This document shows positions 24,335 to 33,236 of a DNA stretch of 36,962 nt, in pieces. This DNA comes from a virus. Taxonomy: Duplodnaviria > Heunggongvirae > Uroviricota > Caudoviricetes. Under the pieces are notes generated by a model, which was not told the origin of the DNA, made no database searches, and saw only the letters and a list, made by a program, of their open reading frames with translations. How positions within the stretch are numbered: position 1 is the first letter of the stretch; each line of letters opens with the position of its first letter. The position numbers and the translations under genes were made by a program. The stretch lies in IMG/VR virus record IMGVR_UViG_2534681703_000017; one strand, 5' to 3'.

Positions 24335-26603
24335 TTTCAAAGTTGGCATGACCCTGACTGCGAAGGACGAAGCCTCGCAGGTTCTGGAAAAGGGGCAAAA
24401 ACAGGTTATCAAAGCCACCGAAGGTGTAACAAAGGCGACACGGAAGGCAGGCGCAGAGCAGAAGCGTACCGAGCAGGAAAGCATTAACAGCACGAAAAAG
24501 GCCGCAAAAGAGATACAGCGTGCCGCTCGTGCCCGGGAAACGCTCGGTATTCGTGCAGAGCGTGAGATCCAGCGTGAAATTTATCTGACGGTTGCCAGTT
24601 ATAACCGTCTGGCTCGTGCCGGTTTTGAATCTGCGCAGGAGCAGGAGCGCGCCATGCAGGCCACCCGGGAAAAAGCCCGGGCACTCAAGCGCGAACTGGA
24701 TGGCGTTACTCAGGCTCAGATGAAGATGGCGAAAACGCCTGTTATCCCTGAACCGGGTCGTTTTGCCCGTGCAGCTGCATTTGGCGGGAATGCCGTGACA
24801 ATAGGTGGTGGTATTGCAGCAGGTGCTGCCATTATGGCGCAGCCGGTCAAAAAGCAGATGAGCTACGAACGCCAGCTGGCAATGATGGCCAATACCGCCT
24901 TCAGTGATGGCGGGCTGGAGGGGCGCAGGGCTGGTCTTGAGCAGATGAAAAGCAGCATCCGTAACGCGGTGACCTATGGCGGCGGTACGAAAGAAGACGC
25001 AGCCGAAACGCTGGATGCCCTGCTGAAAGACGGCATTTCATTTGAAACAGCCAACAAGTGGCTGCCCGAACTGATGAAATACGCCACTGCTTCAGGCGCA
25101 TCTGCAACAGACCTGGCCAAGGTGATGATTAAGGGCAAAAAGACCTTTGGATTCAGGGATGAAGATATTTCCACCGTTCTGAATATGGCGATTGCAGCGG
25201 GCAAAGAAGGCAGCTTTGAACTGAACGACATGGCCCGCTGGTTATCCCAGCAAATGGGCGCTGCGTCAGCTGCGGGGATGAAAGGCAAGGATGATTTCGT
25301 CAAGATTCTGGCGCTGAATGAAGCTTCCGCCATCACGGCTGGCAGTAGTGATGAAGCTGGAAATAACGTGGTTAACCTGCTGGCAAAACTGACCAGTAAG
25401 GATATTGAAACAGCGGCTGCGGGGATAAAATACAACGGTAAGGGAATCGACTTTTCCGGCACGCTGACTGAAGCACGCGAGAATGGACTTAATCCGATAG
25501 ACGCGCTGTCCAGCCTGATAGACAAAATTGTTGCCAGTGATAAACGCTATCAGGAGCTGCAAAAGAAACTGGCATCCGCCCGGGACAAAGGCGAGCAGAC
25601 GGCTGTTTATGATTCGATGGCAAAACTCCTTGAAGGCTTTGGTGTCGGAAAGCTGGTTGCAGACCGTCAGGCGTTGATGGCGTTGTTAGCCTACCGTAAC
25701 AACCCGGAATACCGGAAAAAAGTTGAAGACGCGATTAATCAGCAGCGCACCCTGCCAGAAGGTCAGCGCGCCGGGGATGTGGATTTTAAATTCATATCAG
25801 ACACGAATGATTTTAAAACCGGGCAGGCTAAAAACACGCTTGAATTTTCACAAATGGATGGTGTGAAAAAACTGGCGGATGCATCCGGTACTGTGGCCGA
25901 TGCCATAAGCTGGGCGGGTGAAAAATTTCCGGGGCTGACCACAGCAGTGGTGGGTGCCACGACCGCCATTGAAGCGATGACCGCAGCGGCTCTGACATGG
26001 GCCGGGATCAAAATCCTGACCGGAGGTAAACCCGGTGGCAAGGCTGGCGAGGTTGTCGGTGATGTAATTGAAAACACGGTCAAAAAAGGCAAAGGATTTA
26101 AATTCCCCGGTATTGCCGGTGGCCTGCTTTCTTTAGGTGGCACTGTTACGGCACTGGCCACCGCAACCAGTCCGGAAGAAGATGCCGCCGTCGAAGGAAG
26201 CGAGGAGCGCTGGAAAAATATACGGGCTAAATATCCTCAGTGGCTGATTGATGCTGCCCGTGAAAAATATCAGCCGTGGTGGCAGTTTGGCGAAGGTTAC
26301 TCAACAGAAAACGAGAAATGGATCCAGCAGTATCTTGACGAACTGAAAAAAACTGGGGTTATCGCCGGTGATTCTCTGCCGACACCAGAACAAGTCCGAC
26401 AGCAAGCCGGAATGGCAGCGTCTGAAACGGCATCAAAGCAACCCGGACGCATCACCCAGCCGGAATACCTCACGCACTGGGGACCACCTGCCAGCCCCAT
26501 TAATTTCACCACACAACTGGTGCTCGATGGTCAGGTCGTGGCGGAAGCGGTGAATAAATACAACCTTCAGGACGGCAACAGAGGCACGGGAGGAACTTAC
26601 TGA
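24324..26603 (+). CDS. Tail tape measure protein
   Basis: 759 aa, Ala/Gly/Lys-rich, positioned after tube and chaperone. Confidence 0.75.
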   Translation: MAGNFKVGMTLTAKDEASQVLEKGQKQVIKATEGVTKATRKAGAEQKRTEQESINSTKKAAKEIQRAARARETLGIRAEREIQREIYLTVASYNRLARAGFESAQEQERAMQATREKARALKRELDGVTQAQMKMAKTPVIPEPGRFARAAAFGGNAVTIGGGIAAGAAIMAQPVKKQMSYERQLAMMANTAFSDGGLEGRRAGLEQMKSSIRNAVTYGGGTKEDAAETLDALLKDGISFETANKWLPELMKYATASGASATDLAKVMIKGKKTFGFRDEDISTVLNMAIAAGKEGSFELNDMARWLSQQMGAASAAGMKGKDDFVKILALNEASAITAGSSDEAGNNVVNLLAKLTSKDIETAAAGIKYNGKGIDFSGTLTEARENGLNPIDALSSLIDKIVASDKRYQELQKKLASARDKGEQTAVYDSMAKLLEGFGVGKLVADRQALMALLAYRNNPEYRKKVEDAINQQRTLPEGQRAGDVDFKFISDTNDFKTGQAKNTLEFSQMDGVKKLADASGTVADAISWAGEKFPGLTTAVVGATTAIEAMTAAALTWAGIKILTGGKPGGKAGEVVGDVIENTVKKGKGFKFPGIAGGLLSLGGTVTALATATSPEEDAAVEGSEERWKNIRAKYPQWLIDAAREKYQPWWQFGEGYSTENEKWIQQYLDELKKTGVIAGDSLPTPEQVRQQAGMAASETASKQPGRITQPEYLTHWGPPASPINFTTQLVLDGQVVAEAVNKYNLQDGNRGTGGTY

Positions 26604-27952
26604 TGGGCTGGGCTGAAAACCTGCAAAACGCCTCCTTTCGTGGCGTTCAGTTTGATGTACTGAACACGGATGAACAAATCAGCCGCGACCATGCGGTCTA
26701 TGAATACCCGTTTGTTGACGGGGCGGATTTGCACGACCTCGGGCGCAAGGCGCGACCGTTCCGCATGACGGCGTTCCTGTGGGGGGAGTATTACGAATAT
26801 AAACTCGAAAAGCTGATCGCCGCCCTGGACGAAGGCGGCGATGGTGAGCTGATTCACCCGGTTTATGGCTCCGTTCCGTCGGTGATTGTGACCGGCTACA
26901 GCATTCGCCATGACGCAGAAAGCCCGGACAGCTGCACCATCGACATGAGCTTTCTGGAGAATCGCACCGGCAGCGCGTTGTTCAGCACCCCGTTACCGGA
27001 GCTGTTTGCACAGCAGTTATTTGAAGAACTGGATAAGTTACTGGCACAGTTAAGCGAATTATTTGACGCTGTTACGGCCCCTTTAAAGACCATTAACAGC
27101 GTGATTAAAAAAATCCAGACGGTGCGTGCCACGCTGGTAAATACCCTGCTGACGTTCAAAAGTGATTCATTCTCCACAGTCGATAATGTTGTGTCACTGG
27201 CCAGCGAACCCGGAAAGTTTATCGGCGGGCTGGCAGAGGTGCTGGAAATCCACACGTCAGATGTCGGGCACGCGGTGCCGGTGCTGGAACGTACTGATTC
27301 CGCCACCACGACCGGGCTGACCGGAGAAGACAGCGTCGCCAGTTCTGCGACCGTGATGACCTGCTGGAATGAGGTGATGGCAGATATGGATGAGCTGGTC
27401 GCGCTGCCGGTCGCGCTGGTCAGCGGTGATAAAACGCCGTCTGTGGCACTTCCGCCGGATGCGTCCGTGGAAGACGTGCAGGATGTGAAAGCGGCTTATG
27501 CGGTTCTGGCGGCCTCAGAGCTGGCCAGCGTGGCGACGGCGATACTGTCCGATGAGGCCCAGTCAGAACAACTTATACCGGCGGATATCGGGCGACTGGT
27601 CGGGGATGTGCGCACCCGCTTACAGGCCGCCATCACGCTGTTCCGTGAACGCTATGAAGGCGAACGCGAACGGATAACCGAAACCGCATCACCACTGGGG
27701 CTGATGTACCCGGAAATCATTCAGAGCATGAAGAACGTGGCGGCATCCGTGCAGGATGTCGGCCTGCTGGTTCTGTCACGCCGCCCACCGCTGACGCAGA
27801 AACAGGTGCAGGCGGACAGCTGTCTGCTGTTGCTGGCGTGGCAGTGGTACGGTGATTACAGCCGTGCGGCAGAGCTGCAACGTCTGAACCCGCAGCTGCG
27901 TGCCCCGAACAACATAACCGCCGGGATGGTGATTAATGCCTACGCAAAATAA
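26603..27952 (+). CDS. DNA circularization protein (Mu N-like)
   Basis: N-terminus MGWAENLQNASFRGVQFDV matches the conserved W..L..ASFRGV.F start of the family as remembered; start overlaps the tape measure stop. Confidence 0.65.
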   Translation: MGWAENLQNASFRGVQFDVLNTDEQISRDHAVYEYPFVDGADLHDLGRKARPFRMTAFLWGEYYEYKLEKLIAALDEGGDGELIHPVYGSVPSVIVTGYSIRHDAESPDSCTIDMSFLENRTGSALFSTPLPELFAQQLFEELDKLLAQLSELFDAVTAPLKTINSVIKKIQTVRATLVNTLLTFKSDSFSTVDNVVSLASEPGKFIGGLAEVLEIHTSDVGHAVPVLERTDSATTTGLTGEDSVASSATVMTCWNEVMADMDELVALPVALVSGDKTPSVALPPDASVEDVQDVKAAYAVLAASELASVATAILSDEAQSEQLIPADIGRLVGDVRTRLQAAITLFRERYEGERERITETASPLGLMYPEIIQSMKNVAASVQDVGLLVLSRRPPLTQKQVQADSCLLLLAWQWYGDYSRAAELQRLNPQLRAPNNITAGMVINAYAK

Positions 27953-29138
27953 CGACGACAAAATCAGACTGGTCATTGCCGGAAGGTCGCATTCTGACTG
28001 GAGCAGTTATCGTATTGACAGCGATTTCCTGAAAGCCGCCGACGGCTGGCAGCTTCAGCTGGGACTGCCTGAAAAGGTGTTCCCGGCGGATATCGTCCGG
28101 GGCGCGCCGGTCCGGTTGCAGGTGGGAGACGAGACGGTGCTCAGTGGTCGCGTGGACAGCGTGCGCCGCAGTGTATCCCGTCAGAGCTGCACGCTGACCC
28201 TGTCCGGGCGTGATGATGCCGCCATCCTGGTGGACTGTGCCGCACCGGTGTTCAGCGCCAACCAGCTGACACTTGATGAGGTCATCGACAGGATAGTCAG
28301 ACCGCTGGGGATACAGCGCATCCGTATTCAGGCGTCCGGTGTGTCACGTAATGACAAGGTCGTTATAGAGCCGGGGATGCGTGCGTGGGATGCACTGGCT
28401 AAAGCTGCCGCCGGTCGCGGCTTATGGCCGTGGTTTGAGCCTGACGGGACGCTGGTTGTGGGTGGCCCTGACTACACCACCACGCCGGTGGATACACTGA
28501 TTCTGAAGCTGGATGGCACCGGGAACAACGTGATGGAGCTGGACGATACCCGGTCCATTAACGGCTGTTTCTCCGAGCTGACGGTGCTGGCCCAGAGCCA
28601 CGCCCGCCGCGCAGACAGCAAGAAACAGGTGGCCGTGGTGCCGCTGGATATCTGGAACGAGGACGGCAGCGTGCGCACGTTATCCAGGCAGGGCAGCGGT
28701 AATACAGGCAGTGGTCAGACAGGCATTCATAACATGAAAGCCGTGGCCACCGACCCCACCGTGGATTATTACCGCCCGCAGATTATCACCCAGGGCGACA
28801 CCAGTAACATGGAGCAGGTGAACTGGCGCGCAAAAAAAATGATGAGTGATGCCCGCCTGTCGGGGCTGGATATCGTCGCACTGGTTGCAGGTCATCGCAC
28901 GGCGGATGGTGTTCTGTGGCAGCCCGGCCAGCGGGTGCGGATTGTCAGCGAACTCCACGGCATTGATGCCATCTTTTTCCTGATGGGGCGTGAGTTCAGC
29001 GGAGGCCGGAACGGGCAGACAACCCGGCTTCGCTTTAAGGAGGACGGCGTGTGGATACCTGACGCCTTCCCGCGCGAGAAGAAACGCCATCGCAAAAAGA
29101 AAAAAGAGGTCGCCATTGTTAAGGTCTGGGAGAAATGA
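27936..29138 (+). CDS. Baseplate hub protein (Mu gp44 / P2 gpD-like)
   Basis: 400 aa in the baseplate block; synteny. Confidence 0.6.
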   Translation: MPTQNNDDKIRLVIAGRSHSDWSSYRIDSDFLKAADGWQLQLGLPEKVFPADIVRGAPVRLQVGDETVLSGRVDSVRRSVSRQSCTLTLSGRDDAAILVDCAAPVFSANQLTLDEVIDRIVRPLGIQRIRIQASGVSRNDKVVIEPGMRAWDALAKAAAGRGLWPWFEPDGTLVVGGPDYTTTPVDTLILKLDGTGNNVMELDDTRSINGCFSELTVLAQSHARRADSKKQVAVVPLDIWNEDGSVRTLSRQGSGNTGSGQTGIHNMKAVATDPTVDYYRPQIITQGDTSNMEQVNWRAKKMMSDARLSGLDIVALVAGHRTADGVLWQPGQRVRIVSELHGIDAIFFLMGREFSGGRNGQTTRLRFKEDGVWIPDAFPREKKRHRKKKKEVAIVKVWEK

Positions 29139-29788
29139 TGTGGGACAAGGTTAATCAGCGCGTACAGCAGGCACTGGCCGCCGTTCGCCAGGCATTCAGG
29201 GTGGTGACCGGTACGGTGGATAGTTCGACCAAAGTACAGCTACTTCAGCTGAGCGGGCTGGCAGGCGAACAGCTGGACGGTGCGGAGTATTTTCAGCATT
29301 ACGGCCTCACCACATCCCCGCCGCCCGGCTCAATGGGTATTGCCGTTCCGCTGAACGGTAATACCTCCCATACCGTCGTCGTGGCCACCGAGCACGGCGC
29401 ATATCGCCTGACGGAACTGAAACCCGGCGAGGTGGCCCTGTATACCGACGAAGGCGCGAAAATTGTGCTGAAGCGCGGACGGGTTATTGAGCATGAATGT
29501 GATATTTTTCGCGTGAAATGCAAACGCTATGAGGTTGAGGCAGAGGAAAGCGCCGCATTCACGACACCGTTACTGACGGCCTGCGATAAGCTGACGGTGG
29601 AAGGTAAAATCACCGGCAACGGTGGCATGGCCATCAGTGGGGGCAAGAAATACGCCGCCACCTTTGAAGGCAACATCAACCATGTGGGTGGTGTGATTAC
29701 CTCCGTTGACGTCACCATTAATGGCGTTAAAATCGGAACGCACAAACACCCGACCCCACACGGCATGTCTGACACGCCGGTTAATTAA
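29135..29788 (+). CDS. Baseplate spike/assembly protein (Mu gp45 / gpV-like)
   Basis: 217 aa, overlapping start; synteny. Confidence 0.55.
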   Translation: MMWDKVNQRVQQALAAVRQAFRVVTGTVDSSTKVQLLQLSGLAGEQLDGAEYFQHYGLTTSPPPGSMGIAVPLNGNTSHTVVVATEHGAYRLTELKPGEVALYTDEGAKIVLKRGRVIEHECDIFRVKCKRYEVEAEESAAFTTPLLTACDKLTVEGKITGNGGMAISGGKKYAATFEGNINHVGGVITSVDVTINGVKIGTHKHPTPHGMSDTPVN

Positions 29789-29803
29789 GTGCTGAACACC
29801 CTC
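29789..29803. promoter_or_regulatory. Conserved late-region motif, copy C (GTGCTGAACACCCTC)
   Basis: Exact 15-mer shared with 17858-17872; sits in the 53-nt gap starting right after the gp45-like stop, 38 nt before the next ATG. Confidence 0.4.
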
Positions 29804-29841
29804 ACCTGATTCTGACCTGTCCATGCTGCCAGACTGGCGGC

Positions 29842-30192
29842 ATGGACCAGACGATTTCACCTGCAACCGGCGACTACGAACGCCGCCGGATTTATACACT
29901 CCATAACTCGGTTTATCTGCGACTGGCGACACCGCTTGGCAGTTACTGGGCGGATACGTCGCTGGGGTCACGCCTGCACGAACTGAAGCGGGAAAAAGAC
30001 GTTTCCCGTGTTCACAGGCTGGCGGCGCAGTATGCCAGCCAGGCACTTCAGCCCCTGCTTGATGACGAGCGGGCAAAATCCATTACCGTTGACACGAAAG
30101 CGGGCCAGCGCGGCTGGCTGTTGCTGTTAATCACCGTCACGGATAACGCGGGCACACCGCAGACGTTTGAACACCCTGTGAGGATTATGTAA
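29842..30192 (+). CDS. Baseplate protein (Mu gp46 / GPW-like)
   Basis: 116 aa before the baseplate J-like gene. Confidence 0.55.
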   Translation: MDQTISPATGDYERRRIYTLHNSVYLRLATPLGSYWADTSLGSRLHELKREKDVSRVHRLAAQYASQALQPLLDDERAKSITVDTKAGQRGWLLLLITVTDNAGTPQTFEHPVRIM

Positions 30193-31271
30193 TGCCGTTT
30201 CCTGTTCCGGGCGTTGCTGAAAACACAGAACGCCAGCTACGTGATATCGCTAACGCTCTGCCGGGAGAAACCATAGATACCAGCGCAGACAGCGATTACC
30301 GCATTCGTGCCAATGCCGTATCCGGCGTGGCTGACGGGCTTTATATGCATCAGGGGTGGATACTCCGTCAGGTGTTTCCTGACACGGCAGACCCTGAATA
30401 TCTGGAGCTGCACTGCCGCACACGCAATGTTTTTCGTAAAAAAGCAACTGCCTCATCCGGTCAGGTGGTGATTACCGGCGCACCCGGTAAGACACTGCCA
30501 GCCGGTGCGGAAATTCGTGGTGAAGGTGTCAGCGTGGCCACCACAGCAGACTGCACCATCGGTGATGAAGGCAGCGCAGAGGTGACGGTAAAAAGCACCG
30601 CCACAGGTGCACAGACGAATGCATCCACGACGCAGACGGCAATGCTGGTCAGTCCGCCGGAAGGCATCAACAGCACGGTGACGATTAAATCCCTGACCGG
30701 CGGAACGGACAGGGAAAGCGACGCCGACCTGCTGGCGCGTTATCTGGATATTCTGCGCAGGCCGCCCGCTGGCGGTAACAAATATGATTACAAACGCTGG
30801 GCGCTGGAAGTGGATGGCGTTACGTCTGCGTATGTGGAGCCGTTGCGCCGTGGTCTGGGGACGGTTGATGTGGCCATTACGTCAGCCAATGACCTTCCCT
30901 CGCAGGAACTGATTAATGCCGTGCTGGCTCATATTGAGGAAGTCCGCCCGGTGACAGCGAAGGACATGATGGTACTGGCCCCGACGAAAAAAGCCGTTGA
31001 TTTCGTTGTCCGGGTAAAAACCAGCGGCCTGACCGTTGAGCAGATAAAACCGCAGATAACTGACGTTATCACGGATTTTATGAACCGACTGGAGCCGGGG
31101 CAGGAATTAATTATTTCACAACTGGAAACCCAGATTTCATTAATTTCCGGTGTCAGTGACCGGCGAATCATTACGCCAGCAGACAACGTAAAAGCCATTA
31201 TTAACGCGTCAACGTGGGAATGGCTGCGCCCCGGAAATATTGATATTCAGCCTTTTCCGCGTGAGGGGTGA
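30192..31271 (+). CDS. Baseplate wedge protein (Mu gp47 / gpJ-like)
   Basis: 359 aa; synteny. Confidence 0.65.
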   Translation: MPFPVPGVAENTERQLRDIANALPGETIDTSADSDYRIRANAVSGVADGLYMHQGWILRQVFPDTADPEYLELHCRTRNVFRKKATASSGQVVITGAPGKTLPAGAEIRGEGVSVATTADCTIGDEGSAEVTVKSTATGAQTNASTTQTAMLVSPPEGINSTVTIKSLTGGTDRESDADLLARYLDILRRPPAGGNKYDYKRWALEVDGVTSAYVEPLRRGLGTVDVAITSANDLPSQELINAVLAHIEEVRPVTAKDMMVLAPTKKAVDFVVRVKTSGLTVEQIKPQITDVITDFMNRLEPGQELIISQLETQISLISGVSDRRIITPADNVKAIINASTWEWLRPGNIDIQPFPREG

Positions 31272-31274
31272 TTC

Positions 31275-31847
31275 ATGAATATGGTCGATTTATTTCGCGC
31301 CATGCTGCCACCTGTCAGTTATGACCCGAACGGGAAATATATTTCCGCAGAACTGACCGCCGAGGCTGACGTCATGGAGGCCGTGAAGGCCTCAGCGGCG
31401 CGCGTTCTGGCACAAATCACCCCGTTGCAGGCATCGATGACGCTGTCCGACTGGGAGCGCGTGTACGGTGTTGTCCCCCGTGAAGGGGCAACACAACAGG
31501 AGCGGCGGCAGAATATTCTGGTAAAAATGGCAGCCACGGGCGGGCTGTCAATCCCTTACTTTAAGAGCCTTGCCGCCAGTCTGGGCTATACCATCACCAT
31601 TACGGAGCCGCGACCGTTCCGGGTGGGGATAAACCGCTGTGGTGACCATCTGCTGATACCGGAAATCCGCTGGGCGTGGCAGGTCAACGTTATCGGGACA
31701 AAAACACCGGTCTACCGGTTCAGAACGGGTGCATCGGCAACCGGTGAACCGCTGACGGCCTTCGGGGAATCCATTTTAGAAAACACGTTTAAAGACCTTA
31801 AACCGGCTTTTACAGACTGTTATTTCACGTATGAGGTGGAGGAATAA
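31275..31847 (+). CDS. Tail protein (Mu gp48 / P2 gpI-like, DUF2313-like)
   Basis: 190 aa between baseplate J and the tail fiber. Confidence 0.55.
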   Translation: MNMVDLFRAMLPPVSYDPNGKYISAELTAEADVMEAVKASAARVLAQITPLQASMTLSDWERVYGVVPREGATQQERRQNILVKMAATGGLSIPYFKSLAASLGYTITITEPRPFRVGINRCGDHLLIPEIRWAWQVNVIGTKTPVYRFRTGASATGEPLTAFGESILENTFKDLKPAFTDCYFTYEVEE

Positions 31848-32650
31848 TGCGGAATTTAATGCTCCCGGTGAATACGCCGGATAAGTTATTTCATGACGGT
31901 GACCCGACTCAGGGAATTGAGGGAACCATCGTTACTGCTGAATTTATGAATAATCATCAGGCGGCAACGCGTGATTTGCAGCAGGAGGTGATTAACGTCC
32001 TTAAAGAGGCCGGCGTCACCCCTGACCCGGAAAAACAAAACCAGCTGGTTGAGGCGCTGACCTCGTTTATTGGTCAGAAAGTCCCGGATGCATCACTGAC
32101 GCAAAAAGGCGTGGTGCAGCTTAACAGTGCTGTTAACAGTGAATCAGAAACAGAAGCAGCTACGCCAAAAGCGGTCAAGATTGCGATGGATAACGCAAAC
32201 GCCAGACTGGCAAAAGACCGTAACGGCGCAGACATCCCGAATAAACAATTGTTTCTGGATAACATCGGCGGTGCGCCGAAAACGCGCAAAATTAACAATA
32301 TGCCCCTGACGTCGGATATCACCATCAACAACATCGGCGGCAACGCCGGAACGGCAACCCGACTTCAGACGGCCCGCAGGATTAACAATGTGCTGTTTGA
32401 TGGCACCAGGGATATCACCATCAGTACCACCGATTCCGGCGCGGTGCGTAATTTTCAGTACACCAATGAGGTGTTTCACAACCCGGGTGGTAACGAAATC
32501 ACCTGGACGTTCCGCGCGCCTTCAGGCTGTCAGTTGTCGGGAATTTATGTCCAGGATACAGGAAGAGGTTCTGCGGATAACATCGGAGGTGTGTATTACA
32601 AACAAGCCCAGATTTATATCAATGGCGGATGGCGCGCGGTATCCGGCTAA
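31847..32650 (+). CDS. Tail fiber protein (short)
   Basis: Contains the conserved fiber motif KGVVQLNSAVNSESETEAATPKAVKIAMD; followed by a Tfa-type chaperone. Confidence 0.65.
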   Translation: MRNLMLPVNTPDKLFHDGDPTQGIEGTIVTAEFMNNHQAATRDLQQEVINVLKEAGVTPDPEKQNQLVEALTSFIGQKVPDASLTQKGVVQLNSAVNSESETEAATPKAVKIAMDNANARLAKDRNGADIPNKQLFLDNIGGAPKTRKINNMPLTSDITINNIGGNAGTATRLQTARRINNVLFDGTRDITISTTDSGAVRNFQYTNEVFHNPGGNEITWTFRAPSGCQLSGIYVQDTGRGSADNIGGVYYKQAQIYINGGWRAVSG

Positions 32651-32664
32651 TTAAGGAGAAAATA

Positions 32665-33189
32665 ATGGAACTCAGAAACGTTTCGCGTTATTACCCGGAA
32701 GAGATGCCTTATGGTGAAAACATTCAGTATTTTCGCAGTGAAGACGGACAGGATTTTTATGAATCACTGGATAAATTCACGAAGAAATACAAATTGTGTA
32801 TTCACCCTGAAAGCGGCGTGATTTATTCAATGGCGGAAGACGTGTCCCGTCTTTATCCGGCTGGCTTCACCATTGTGGAAGTGGATGAACTGCCGGAAGA
32901 TTTTGGCATTGAAGCCAGCTGGTATTACAAAGACGGCGAAGTGCTGCCGGTTCCTGTTGATTACTCGCGACTGGCAGAAAAAAAACGCCAGAGCCTGCTG
33001 AATGAAGCGAAGGACATCACCTCAGACTGGAAAACCGAGCTGGAGCTGGGCACCATCAGCGACGATGACAAAGCCCGTCTTACGCAGTGGATGGCATATA
33101 TCAAAGCGGTAAAGGCGCTGGATTTAAGTCAGGTCAGTGACGAATCCTCCTTTTATTTAATTCAGTGGCCTGAAAAACCTGACGTGTAA
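32665..33189 (+). CDS. Tail fiber assembly chaperone (Tfa/U-like)
   Basis: ATG 32665 is 6 nt after AAGGAG (32653-32658); C-terminal region resembles the lambda Tfa C-terminus. Confidence 0.65.
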   Translation: MELRNVSRYYPEEMPYGENIQYFRSEDGQDFYESLDKFTKKYKLCIHPESGVIYSMAEDVSRLYPAGFTIVEVDELPEDFGIEASWYYKDGEVLPVPVDYSRLAEKKRQSLLNEAKDITSDWKTELELGTISDDDKARLTQWMAYIKAVKALDLSQVSDESSFYLIQWPEKPDV

Positions 33190-33197
33190 AACAATAA

Positions 33198-33223
33198 CGG
33201 TCGCTGTCTGGCGACCGTTTTCA
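33198..33223 (+). terminator. Intrinsic terminator: CGGTCGC-TGTCTG-GCGACCG followed by TTTTCAGTT
   Basis: Perfect 7-bp stem and T-rich tail, between the first fiber/chaperone pair and the second fiber gene. Confidence 0.55.
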
Positions 33224-33236
33224 GTTCAGAGGCTTT

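Noticed and set aside
28249-28261. Fourth copy of the late motif (GGCGCTGAACACC on the minus strand)
   Set aside because: Only a 10-mer match, inside the coding sequence of the baseplate hub gene and on the opposite strand; consistent with chance.
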